This document shows, piece by piece, positions 1 through 11,669 of a stretch of DNA of 64,000 nucleotides. How positions within the stretch are numbered: the stretch's first letter is position 1; every line of letters starts with the position of its first letter. The notes below the pieces were generated by a model. That model saw only the letters and a program-made list of their open reading frames with translations, was not told where the DNA came from and did no database searches. Source of the stretch: Bigelowiella natans CCMP2755 (lineage: Eukaryota > Protista > Cercozoa); NCBI GenBank assembly GCA_000320545.1, contig ADNK01001706.1, forward strand, positions 1-64,000, in the 5' to 3' direction. Made by a program: the position numbers and the translations under genes.

Positions 1-345
1 AGTCGTGGAATGGCTTCTATGGAAGCTAGGAAGTTCAGTGTCAAAATCCTTCGCGAGAAACGATGGAATAGAGATCTGGGCGACGGTGATAATGACGATG
101 TCATTTCCGGGGGGGGGGCGGAGATGGAGTGCAAGAGCCGCGCGGATGGCAGCGTCTTGGGGTATGAGGACGAATTTGATGCTGATTCTGGCTCGAGAAT
201 AGACAGAGGAGGAGTGCTAGGAGGAGAGAGCATAGCTGAAGCAAAGGATGGCAATAACGTCAGTGGGAAGGGGGGTGAGGAGGAGGAGGATGACGGGGTG
301 GGGACGGAGGCTTTTGATTCTATGCCAATGCCAGACGACTTCTGA
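1..345 (+). CDS. 3' end of an unidentified gene (acidic, Gly-rich C-terminus), probably starting upstream of the window
   Basis: Purine-rich open frame 10-345 ending in TGA, followed by a T-rich 3'UTR-like stretch; no recognisable domain. Confidence 0.35.
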   Translation, partial: SRGMASMEARKFSVKILREKRWNRDLGDGDNDDVISGGGAEMECKSRADGSVLGYEDEFDADSGSRIDRGGVLGGESIAEAKDGNNVSGKGGEEEEDDGVGTEAFDSMPMPDDF

Positions 346-659
346 TCACAGACCAAAAAAAGACTACAAATGGTCTTTTGGTTGAATGGGAAGGAGGAGA
401 GAGTGGGCTAACCGAGGGAGGCGGAGTATATTTCCTTCCCGTCTTAACGTTTTCGTGTTTATAGTTATTTTAACTGTCAATCTTTATTTTTAGTAGTTTG
501 GTTATTGGTTATTGTCATTGTTGTTGTTGTTGTTTTTGGGATCGTTTCTCTTATGTACGTACCGTACCGATGTACCTGGTATGCGTCAGATGCAAGTGTA
601 TCGACACGTGTTGTGCAGCACAGTTTCTTGTCTTTAGCATTGCAAGTAAACTGATCAAT

Positions 660-1095
660 CTGCTGTACACTCTAGCTAGCTAGCTAGCTAGCACTAGCTA
701 TCTAGCTATGTGCATTCACAAGCATCTAGACATGCTAGCATGCTACCATGACAAGTCTAGATGTGCTAGCTAGCTAGATGCGCACGTACAGTACTAGAGC
801 ATGCTAGCATGAGCATGCATCGTGTGCACTACTAGATTAGCTAGCTGCTAGCCAGTACTTGGCAGAGTACACTGCTAGACTGTGCAATGCTAGAATGCAC
901 ATACAACGCACACTTTGTCCATTGCAGCATATGTTCTGACCGGACATGCAACTGCACAAGCTTGCTTGCTGCATTGTGCACTTTGTTAAACCGGCCGTGG
1001 CATTGCAGTAGCTAGGTAGCATAGTGCAGAAAAGGGTCAGCATGAGATGCACGTACATGACTAGATGCACAAATGATTCCTAGCTTAATCTTATC
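660..1095. other. TpA-eroded, CTAG/CATG/TGCA-rich intergenic domain with (CTAG)n runs
   Basis: Dense ctagctagctag, gcatgc and tgca words; most surviving TA are in CTAG; lies between convergent 3' ends. Confidence 0.7.
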
Positions 1096-1235
1096 TAGTT
1101 ATGTTGATTGAGAACAGTGGTAACATGCGGAAAAATGTAAGATGTGAAGTTCCGCGCAGCTTAGTATTGGAATCATAACGGATGATTATCTGAGTTTTGG
1201 TATCTGTCTCAGCCATTTTCATGCTTCTAATGCAA

Positions 1236-4200
1236 TTACTTCGAAGTCACTAACTTCAGTTTGTCGGCAAATCTGCAAGGAAATATCGGATAATTAGCAA
1301 AACAGATTCTAAGGTAAGATGCAGTGAAAAAATAAAACATTCATCATTATAAAAGTAATATATGTAGATTAAATATGTGTATATAAATGTGTATATTGTG
1401 CAATATGCTTGCAAATATGAACTACCGTAGAGTACAGAGACTCTCTCCAAGATTGCTTTCTTGAGAGGCTATATTTACTACCACAGCCGTTTTACCGGTC
1501 CCGCTCAAAGCCTGATGCAGGAGATACGTGAGTTTTGAGTCACGATATGGCACGTGCTTCGATTTTTCAGCAAGTGCCCGCACAGTATTCCCTAAGAGTG
1601 AAAGAGAAGTATTGATAGATTTTGCCTCCGCCAAACGCTCCCCGTCCGCATTTGTCTTGGACAACCTCTCTGAACCAGCAAGATCAACTAAAGTCAGCTT
1701 TGATTGGACAGTTTTCTTTCCTTCATCTTGCTTTCCTTCGATGTAGAGCTGGAATATTGTGTGGGAACGTGAAGAGCGTGCGTTCATCTGGGTACTTGCC
1801 CGCGTTGCTCTCTCTGCGGCGGAACGTGTGAGCTCATGAAGGCGTGCTGGGGACTCAACAGGAACCTTTGTCAATCCAACTACTTCTACCTTTCCCTCTT
1901 TATTCTTCTTAATTTCAAGCCCGCCGAAGCTATCTTTACTATTCGAGGCTCTGGGAGAGGAACGAGGAGATTTTATCGACCGTGGAGATTTAAGGCTTCG
2001 CCTGCCGCCACCGCCACCGTTACCGTTGACGGACAACCTTTTCTTTGCAGAGCTACCACTGGCAAGTAAATCATATATGTTTTCATTATAAATTTCCATG
2101 ATTGAAGCAGAAAGGACATAGATCCAGTTCTTCTGTTTACTTTCCTCGATTGTAGAGAAGATGTGATCTATGGCCCTTGGAATAACACCACGAAGCTCCC
2201 CAGTTTTCAAATTGCACTCAGGCGGACCAAACATGGTGAAGGTTTTACCACTTCCCGTTTGTCCATACGCAAAGAGGGTGACATCAAAACCATCCATGGA
2301 AGAGGTAATCAGGGGCCTCACATGTTCAAAAATGTCGCTTTGAACTGAATCCGTACCAAAAATTCGATCAAAAGTAAATGTATGGCGTTTTCGTCGCCTT
2401 GTTCGGGATGATACAGTTGAAGCAGCAGCTTGAGTAACATCAAGAACTCCAAGCCCGTCCTCAAGTCGTGAACGAAAGTCCACCTCACTATCGCCGCTGT
2501 CTTTTCCCATTGGTCGAATACGACAGTAAACCCGCACATGGCCGAGGAGATCCTGGACCCGATTGTGTAATGCTCGCCTTCTATCCTCTTCAGCCCGTCG
2601 AAGCTTTTCCGAAGCCTGAAATTGTGCCTGTGATTCCTGCACTTTCCTCAGTGCCTCTTCCAGAGCAGCTTGTTGCATCTGCATTTTTTTGGTAGCTTCT
2701 TCGAGGGCAGCTTGTTGCATTTGCATAGTTTGAGTATTCTCCTCGTTTTTACGCTGTGTCTCTTCAAGGTTCTTTTCTAATTCCTTCTTGAGCTCTAATT
2801 CTCGTCCCTTTGCAGCCTTTTCTTTCAAACGAGTTGCTTCCAAGACAGCAGCTGCAGCTGCTTTCGCCGCCTCAGCTTCAGCCTGTACTCTTCTTTGTTT
2901 CCTTCTAGTATCCTCTAGCTCTGCTAAAGCTGCTTCCTCTTTGACTCGCAATTTATCTTCAAGTTTTTGGACATTATCGCGAAGTTCCTTCGACAGATTT
3001 TGAGATTTTAGAGCTTCTGCTTCAGCATCTAACAATTAACAATCATCACTGGGTGGTGGATACGATTTGTATATTTATGCAACTACCGCTTTTGATTTTC
3101 TTCTCCTCTGCAAGGGCTGCTTGCATCTCCTTGAATTTACCTGGAAGTTCTCATTCATCTCCCATGTTACACAAATAAGCAAAGATAAGCATTACTTTCA
3201 TAGTTTTGAACGATCTCCTTAGCTTTGGTTTCAGCCTGAATATGATTTGTGTTGTGAGCTTTCATCTGTCAAAAACTAAACCCATGATAGTACCTTAGCT
3301 CGTGCTAACGTTTGTTCGGCTAGTTTGGCCTCGATCTGAGCTATGTTTTCTCTGAGTTTCTGGCTAGTGGAACTATTTTTTGTCATTTCCGCCTTGATAC
3401 GATCTTTCTCCTCCAGCTCAGCTAAGTAGATAATTATGAGTTCTTTGTTTTCATTTTGTCTAGGATGCTACCTTTAATCTTATTTCGCATCTGGATTATC
3501 TTTGTCTCAAGGTCTCGTGCCGTTGTTTCTTGCTCTTTACTAAGAAATGCCAATTTAGTTCAGAATTACACGCATATACTTTTCAATCCGCTATTAGCTC
3601 ATATTTTGACCGTTTTTTCTCAGCCTCCTGATTCCTTTCCTTTTCCTTTCCAAGATTTTCCTCCACGCCTTTTCAATTGAATGGCATCACATACAGTACT
3701 GATTCTATGGGATAAATAGAAGGAAGGTACCTTCTAAAGCCCTAGCAGCTTCAGCTGCCTTCTTGGATTCCTAAATATCATTAACGTAAAAACGTAAACT
3801 CGCTGAAGTATTTTAGAGATATCATACCTCTAGCCTTTTCTTTTCTTCATCTCCGAGTTTACTTCTCAAGTCTTCGACCTGTATTATTCAATGGAAATAT
3901 TTTTAGATGAGAAATTAAAGTAGTAAGATGTTTCGACATTACTTGCTGTTGGAGCATCTTTGATTCTTCGGTTCGCTTGTTGGCGTTATTAGATTCCATC
4001 TTTCGGAGTTGTTCCTCCTACATACTAATCAGTTCAAAAGCAGAACAAACTACATATCATAATTAAGTACCCTCTCCAAAGCTCTTTGTAGTCCAGCTAG
4101 ACGTTGCTCGAGTCTTGTAACTTCCGCTGTATGTATAAAAATAGTCTTAGATAAGAATAATGCTTGGTGATGGCTGGCAAGGAGAGAGAGATTTCTTTTG

Positions 4201-5211
4201 GGGGGGGAGGGAGAGTTATCTAATAAATTCTCAAGAATTACCAGCCTTTGCTTCGGCATTTTCTTTTGCCTTTTGAGCTGCTGCTCGCTGGAGATCAACA
4301 GCAGATTGGGCATACTTTGTTGCTTTTTCGAATTTCTGCGCCTCCAAGTCAATTTCGTCTCCTTCAGAAGGGTGGTCAACCTCGATATTAAGAGGGGCAG
4401 CATTCTCAATCTTTTCCGTTGGTTCGGAGTTAGGCACTATCTTTCCAATGAAATCAGAGGGATCTTGGAGTTTATTTTCCATCTGTTTCCTTGTGGTCTC
4501 CAAAGAGTTATTATAAACTTCCTGGCGGTCTTTACGCCTGTTCAGCTTTTCATTGTATGCCTTGATTTTCTCGTAGCCCTTGTATTTAATGTAGAAAACT
4601 GTAATCGCAAGGGCTTCATTCATGAGATTTGAGAGTTAAGACCTTTTTATGGTGATTTAATTGCTGCAGCAGTCGCGTGTTGTAGGCTCGCAACGGATCT
4701 TCTCTTCGTACTCCTACAAATCCGACGATACCATTTGCTAATGGAACATCTTCGGATGCTGAAATGTTTTCTTTAGATACGCTGGCTTCTACTTTCTTTT
4801 TCTCATTCTCAAAATTGAGCCGTTTCCCCATTAGAATATCCCTAATTAGAATCCAAGCATTAAACTTACTTTATCAACAAGATGATGGATGCCTAACCTG
4901 AAAGATAATCCTTCTTGAACCCACATAGATCTATGAAGTCGCTTTACAGGAGTGTTGCTGCTTTGAGATGAAATAGATCCTCTTGGGGAATTCAAAGGTG
5001 ACATCTGAGGGGTTCCTGGTGGCGAAAAGTGAAAGCGAGGGGTACCCGCTGTCGATGATGAGGGAGATGGGCATGGGGATGCCCCAAGATTTAATGAACC
5101 CCTGGGTACTCTGAGAGGTGGAAAGCTTCCATCAGTTGCTGATGATGCACTAGCTTCACGTGATTTGCTGTTCTTCATCCTTCGACGACGCCTAGATTTT
5201 CTTCGTGGCAT
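1236..5211 (-). CDS. Kinesin-14 family (C-terminal motor) with long coiled coil; multi-exon
   Basis: Neck RRALHNRVQDLLGHVRVYCRIRP, P-loop AYGQTGSGKT, NARSSRSH, LVDLAGSE, HVPYRDSKLT. Last intron 1425-1273 (GT..AG) restores TLRFADKLKLVTSK* (stop 1236). Joining the upstream coiled-coil exons up to ATG 5211 is inferred. Confidence 0.9.
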
Positions 5212-5474
5212 ACAAACGAAGAGGCTTTATTGTTAAAGTTAAGATGACTTCTGCCCAGCTCAACTACAAGTGGCTCTGGTATCGATCGTCTGTTTTGTGC
5301 GGTGTCCGCTGTCAGATTTCGAATTAAGATGGAACGAAGAGCAAGAAGCAATCATGTCCTTTGAAAACATAGTAAACTTCAAATTAGCGACAACTTCCAA
5401 GAAGCACTCTGTGGTGAAAACGCCACGTGATTACAAGCGTGAGTGCAAAGATACGCAGTTTTGCTGGACCATAA

Positions 5475-7500
5475 ATGCGAAGATTCGCAGCAGAAAAGAA
5501 GCACGTGTGCCAAAAACGAGGCCATCTTTGTCAAAATTGCACATTTTCACTCCACTTTGGGTGATGTTGGCCTTCTGGTGTCATTTTTTCTCACGTTGTG
5601 CAGCATGCACCTGGATCACCTTGAGGTTTCGAGAAAACCACTGTCCCGTCTCTGTTTTGGGAAACTTGTGCGCACGCCTGCAGACTTGAAACGTTCAGCT
5701 TCACCTTGACTTGCTTCGATCACTCATTCGTTCAATGCAGTCGCTCGTTCACTCTTGCACTCGTTCGATCAACCTGGTTGGAATCTTGATTTCCAGGGCT
5801 GCGTGGTCGTCTGTTGTGCTGGCGAGCGAAACTGGACCAACTCATCAACACACGAGGTGTTGGACTTGTTTGACTTGAGAGCATGCAAGGGCACCGTGCT
5901 GATCGAGAGCTGCAAACTCGGGGGACTCCCTGTGAGCACGAAAGTCACAAATGTCCTGAAAATTGTTTGCGTCTAGACGTCCACGATTTTCGCGACGATG
6001 CGCCAGTGCGTGCGAACTGACAAAGCTGGAAAGCCAGCGAAGGGTGAAACCACTTGGTGTGCAGCTGAGAGCAGTTTTGCACACACTCGAGACACAAAGG
6101 CGTTCAGCTGACTAGCTGAGGACGGTGCACACTGGCATGAGTCCACGTCTTTGTCGCTCCTTGGCACTTCTGGCTGGATCAGCTGGACTCCAGCACTGTC
6201 ATGCTGACTAGCTCTGGAGCTGACGCACATCATTGTTGAAATTTGGCAACGTCCAAATCTGGAAGTGTGCGCGATGCTGGCATGGCGGCATGTCTAGATG
6301 GCACACGCAGGCCTGGATCACGTGCACACTGGACCATCGTGCACTGCACAATCGATCAAACAATGCAGTCACGTTGGAAACAGCTAGACAGCTGACCACG
6401 CTAGCGCGCGCGCTCTTGCGCTGACAGCTAGACAGGACACAGCATAATCAGCGTGACAACGGGTTCACGTTTTCACGCGCAGACACTGGGACCGGTCGAT
6501 GCAGATGCAATGATCCACGAACATTTGTGCAAATGCCAGGTTAGTCACTGCTGGTGTGCATTGCGCTTGCACGTTGACTAGTTGAGTCAAGGTACACAAG
6601 CCTGACAGCCTGCTAGCCTGATGCGAGCGTGGTGGCTCGCACTGATGATGCATGCTAGCACGTTGCATCGCGCTGGTGCGTGGTGTCCACAACACAACTA
6701 GCTAGACGAATTGCGCGTGAGCATTCTGGGAGAGCAAAAAAACACAGAAAATTCTGATGATTCCGGTGAGATCTAGCTAGTGCGGCCAAGCATGACACGA
6801 TCAAAAAGTGGATTTGAGAACACCACGCTTGAGCACAGGATCACTCTGACAGACAGTCGAGCTAGCGGGAGCACAAGCTAGCAAGGCATGACAAAAATGA
6901 GAGGCGCTGCGAAAATTTGAGTTTGGTGTGACAATTCGAAATTTCGTGCTTTTTTTTCAGGCCTCAGAATTTGTCACACATTGACCTCCAGCCTAGCAGC
7001 CTCCAGCACATTTGAAAATTGAATTTTTCCTCGAACTAAGCCAAAACGTGCATTTTTTGCACATAAATCATCCAGTGCCGCTGCATTGCTTTGGTTTTTG
7101 CAGGAAACATGCGAAACTGTGAAATAACCGGGTTTCGCCAAGTTGTGAATGCAGCAATCATCAATTGACAGCGCCCTCCATTGAGCAACAACAGCTGCAG
7201 CCCACTGCACGTGTGCGTGCAGCAATGGTCGGCACAACAAATGCAATGCAATGGACAAATAATATGTTCGATCTAGAATCGAAATTGAAAATTGCGCAAG
7301 CGAATCAATCCATCGTCGTGCACGTACATTCATCTCTAGATCTTGTCATGCGCACAGCGCCATGCAGATTTTCAGTTGCACACCTCTGCGTAGTCGACTT
7401 CACACATCACAACTGTGAACTCTCGCTGACTAGACGAAGCACATGCCATGTACGTACGTGTGTGTACATAATGTCTAGATGTGTCCAGGTGTGTGCGGCA
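5475..7500. other. TpA-eroded domain (degraded non-genic or TE-derived DNA)
   Basis: 5475-6440 contains only 7 TA dinucleotides by my count, all inside CTAG; CpG is plentiful. Confidence 0.9.
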
Positions 7501-7724
7501 TAGAACACATAATGCATGCAATATTTCTCAGACTAATTGTACTAAATACATGCACACGTATTGCAGTGTACATCAAGACATCTAGCCTTATGAATTTTTA
7601 CGTCCACAGAAATAGTAGATGAAAATGAATGTCTGATGATGGGCCCATTTTCCTTGAACAAACGCCTAGCCTTCAACCGTACGTAGTGATGCCTAGCTTC
7701 TTAATTCATCCTCCTACTTCAGCA

Positions 7725-8241
7725 CTAGTAATTTTCGTCCTGATTTTCATATTGATTATCTTCTAAAGCCTTATCCCCTTGATCCTGGTCATTTCCCAGA
7801 GCCTTATCCATGCTTTCACCGACCTCCCTTTCATACTCCTCATCATCTTTGTTGACTCTTTCAGTCTCGTCAATCCATTCCGAATAAACATCTATGGGCT
7901 CCGTAAGATCTAAAGGATTCACACAGGGCACCATGAATGCGAGGTTGACGATATGCTCGTATGTAAAAGGAAAGGAACGTGGGAGAAAAGAATTCTTACT
8001 ATTTGTCTTCATCTGGAATCGCTCAGTGCAGATTCGACAACGAATAAGCGCTGTCTGTGCCTTATGATCACTAAAAAGGAATCAGACACTCAACCACCAC
8101 ATTGCTTACTGGAGTTCACCATTATACTTACAATTTGACTTCGCAGCTCTGTCTGTGGTTGCAGAAGGGACAATCAAAGACTGTTGCTGTCTTCCTTCGA
8201 ATTTTCTTCACTACTTTGGCCTTAGATTTTCGTCTCCCCAT
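7725..8241 (-). CDS. ELOF1: Transcription elongation factor 1 homolog (Elf1/ELOF1), 3 exons
   Basis: Splicing out introns 8131-8071 and 7999-7910 gives MGRRKSKAK..TVFDCPFCNH..CRIC..NLTEPIDVYSEWID plus an acidic tail, the Elf1 zinc-ribbon signature. Confidence 0.93.
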
Positions 8242-8684
8242 TTTCTACCTACTTTAAGTAGAGCAATGAGTTTCTTCCAAAGCAGGGGGAGATGAGCACT
8301 ACTTTTTAAAAGGCCGGCTCAGGGGAAGGATGTCGATAGCTCGAATAATCATGACCTTGTGAGGCTGTTGTCGCAGAGATAAAATGGGATCTATTCTTTG
8401 CTTATGATGTCTCACCCGCAATTTATCGGGTTCTATCTTCCACTCCCTTTAGCCGCACTGAATTTGAGGTCGATTTCCTGATTTCTATGGATTTCAATTC
8501 TTCATTATTGTCTCCCGAAGATTAAGACGTAACATCACACCCAAACACTTCCTGCTCGACTTGTTCCAATGATTTTCTCGAATTTCGACATTATATTTCC
8601 CAAGCTCGATGTCGCACATGGAAAACCACTGGAATGGACAGTCGAGATTTCGGAAGGTCTTCCCGCGAAGGCAAATCGTGAATT

Positions 8685-10546
8685 ATGCCCTCCTGGTACG
8701 CCTCTTTGTTCTCCAACCCGAGCCCACAATGTACAAGACCTAACGCTCATAGAAACGACCACCTCTTTCAAGGAAGATCATGTGAGGAAATGAAGGGGAA
8801 TAGTCTTGCACAAATTCGTAAAAAAGAAATCCCGATGGCTAAACACCCTGCGAGTAGACAACGAAACATAGAATCTGATATGCGCTACACGCTAAGCCGG
8901 AGTACTATGAAAGGAGGCGATGTAATCGTCGAGAACAAAGTAGAACATGAGAATGGTACGAAGTGTAACTCCAATGAGCTGGAGGAAACGAACGACAATC
9001 CCGCTTTGAAGGAAAGAACGAAGGACGTGACTTTCGTATCCGAAGAAAAGAGTGTGGCAATGAAACGTAAATTCAAAGAAAACATTCAAGATAAAAGTGT
9101 AAGTAGCGATCATAATCACTCACGCAAGAGATTCTGCAAAAGTGGGAAGGAAAAATCGACCGAGCTGTCCTTGAAGGATGCAGCGGACAAATCCCAACTC
9201 GTCGTTGCGAATGGAAACGGAATAAAAGGTGCATTGTCTCAAAATGTTTCAGGAAAAAGTTCCGATATAAACTCGAATAAAAAATCAATCGAATTGGTTT
9301 TAAAGAAAAAGGTGAATAATCATAATAGAACCCTGTTCTCGCGTACGCAAAAAATAATTTTAAAACTATCCATGTTCGCACAAATATCAACGCAGGAAAA
9401 TGATGGAAGGTTGCAAGGATTTCCGGAGAAAGAAATTATTGAGGAATATAAGCACCAAACGAAACAGCTTTTGCAGATGGTTTTCATTTTTTTTTATAGA
9501 TTGCGAAAAACTGAATTGAGCTTCCTTCAGGCTAAAAATGGCTGCTGCGCAAAGAGTCAACTTGGTCTAAAAAAAGGATATTTCTGCAAATATCTTCTTG
9601 GGCTTTTCAAAGTCATTGATGTATTCTTAAATGAAAGATTAACATTGATATCTAAGGCTATGGAGGGAATAACCGAAAGCAACAAGATAACTCTGACAGA
9701 GAACTTCAAAGCAATACTTCAAAATGAATGGAAGATAGGGTCAAACCAGCTCGAAACTAATTCAATGATGTTCATGGCATGGCATAAGGAGGCATTGAAA
9801 CATTCTCCAACTTTTATTGATGAAGCGAAGTTACATATATCTGAGAGAAATAAGCTTCTTGAGAATCTTAAAAAGGTTATTCCATTTATAAAAAAGCTGT
9901 TGAATGCTCAGTCGAAATATTAATGCAGATCGCTGGCACATTCTCGGCATCGATTCTTCTTGAAAATAAGACCTCTTTACTGGAAATCGGACAAGGAGAA
10001 CTCTGCAACCCTGCATATGTTGAGAATGCAAGAGAGGGGAATCGCTGTAGCCAATGTTTTATTCCAGCCCTTCTGGTTAAAGGCAAGGTGGAGGTAAAAG
10101 CAATTGTAGGATTTATTAATAACAACAAGAAACTTTCATGGACCCAGGAGGAAGAGGACGCTCTTATCAGGGGTGTCAAAAAATTTGGTGAAGGAAACTG
10201 GATCATTATTCTATCGAGTTACAAAGCAATTTTCCAGTAACTCCTCATTGTTAGCTACTGCATTCCAACATTATGCACGTTCAACGTTCAACTGTCTTAC
10301 CCTCGCAACATACGATGTCTTTCTTTGTTTGTTTGTCATAGTCCATTTCGAACAAGTACCCATTTAGAGGACAAGTGGCGGAACCTAAAAAATAAGGGAT
10401 TGGTCTCGACAATTCGGAAGGAATCTTGGAGTCGTTTTGATTGTAGACGTAATGGTGAGTCAGAGTCCTTTCAAAGGCTAATACAGCGCAATACAAAAGG
10501 TTCAAAATTAGATCATGGATGTTTGACAAGGAAGAAAAGACCTTGA
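8685..10546 (+). CDS. TRF-like protein with C-terminal telobox Myb domain (start uncertain, multi-exon)
   Basis: WTQEEEDALIRGVKKFGEGNW..IL joined across an intron (~10218-10340) to FHPFRTSTHLEDKWRNL, matching the telobox consensus LKDKWRNL. Confidence 0.7.
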
Positions 10547-10559
10547 TTCTCTTGACAAA

Positions 10560-11304
10560 ACTAGAAAAGGAGGTGATTCTCTTGCATGCAGCAGACACGT
10601 GTCTTGATGTGCAAGATGGTCCAAAACCATTTCAATGTCTCAAATAACAACAAATTTGTTCTTTGAATTGGAGTGGCTACGCGGCGTGAGCAAAACTCAT
10701 GATTGGACGTCTGCCTTTGAACTAATTTGATGATGAGGCGTGCTAGCGTGATCAGTAGACGTTCACAGTGCATTCAGAACATGAGCACAGAAAAACACTC
10801 AGACTCTTCAACAGCCTTAACAAGTGAAACTGACACTGAACACACAGCGATGAGCACTTCAAGCAAATCAGAGACGGTGAAATTTGTGACACATGAATCC
10901 AAATCATCTCTCTGACTTCGCTAAACCAGCAAAATTTGATGCTGATCTGGAGGTGTTCGTTCCACGTCTAGACGTGCACCTGGCTAGCTAGTTGGATCCA
11001 GGCAAATTGAATTTGAAAACAAACAGCGCAAAGGAATCTGCATCGCAAGCCATGCTGGCATGCTTCTTCGCATGCGCACAGCAGGTGCATGTGTGCATGC
11101 AGCTTTGTTCATTTGTGCTTGGCAATGCCAGAATGGCTGGCTGGATTTCTGGACTTCAAACAGGCACACGGTGAAATTGTGAGGGATCAATTTGCACTGT
11201 TCTGGCATTGACACTGAGAAACGCCAAATTAAACGTGCATTGAGCTGCTGAACTGCTGACGAATGGTTGAAACACGTTTGCAAACTTCCAGGTTCTCCAT
11301 GCCC
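10560..11304. other. TpA-eroded domain, left flank of the LTR element
   Basis: Few TA outside CTAG; abrupt change to TA-rich sequence at the LTR start (11305). Confidence 0.75.
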
Positions 11305-11630
11305 TGTAGCGCGTACCACTACGCGGGCACAAGTCACGTGCGACAACAAAGGGGTTGTCGCGGATATAGAATATAGATAACGTAGATATTAATACAGCAT
11401 AGGCACGTGGGTTCCGGCGGGACTCATGGCAGCACACCGGAAGTGTGCTGCCCCACGTGCGGCGGCATTCGCGAAAGCTTCGCGAATGATTACGCAGTGC
11501 ACGATTTAATAAAAATATAATCTTTAATAAAAATAAACACAACTCTTCAAAAGGAAGCAAACGTGCCTTTCCCCCCCCCTGCCTACTTGTGCACGTAGCG
11601 CCTCGGCCTGTGAACACCTTACGCGCAACA
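11305..11630 (+). repeat. 5' LTR (326 bp)
   Basis: Identical by eye to 16688-17013; contains AATAAA motifs and an AT-rich TATA-like tract. Confidence 0.95.
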
Positions 11631-11635
11631 ACCTT

Positions 11636-11658
11636 TGGCTTCCACACACGGGAAACGA
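11636..11658 (+). promoter_or_regulatory. Primer-binding site (complement of a tRNA 3' end; possibly Glu or Asp)
   Basis: TGGCTTCCACACACGGGAAACGA starts 5 nt after the LTR; its reverse complement ends ...GGAAG-CCA and has a T-arm-like TCGtTTCCCG. tRNA identity is a guess. Confidence 0.6.
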
Positions 11659-11669
11659 TTTGACTAACA

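Noticed and set aside
5475-7020. Explaining the TG/CA excess by CpG methylation decay or fungal RIP
   Set aside because: CpG is abundant and TpA is absent; RIP would increase TpA. Paired copies show TA->TG/CA.
6899-7180. Possible MITE with GAG(A/G)GCGCTG inverted ends
   Set aside because: Match is short and imperfect, with no TSD and no second copy in the window.
5270-7503. Many overlapping 60-140 aa ORFs rich in Cys/His on both strands (also at 20.5-21.9, 26-27, 36.3-36.9, 46-47.6 kb)
   Set aside because: By-product of TpA loss, which removes TAA/TAG stops and Tyr codons; no domain signal.
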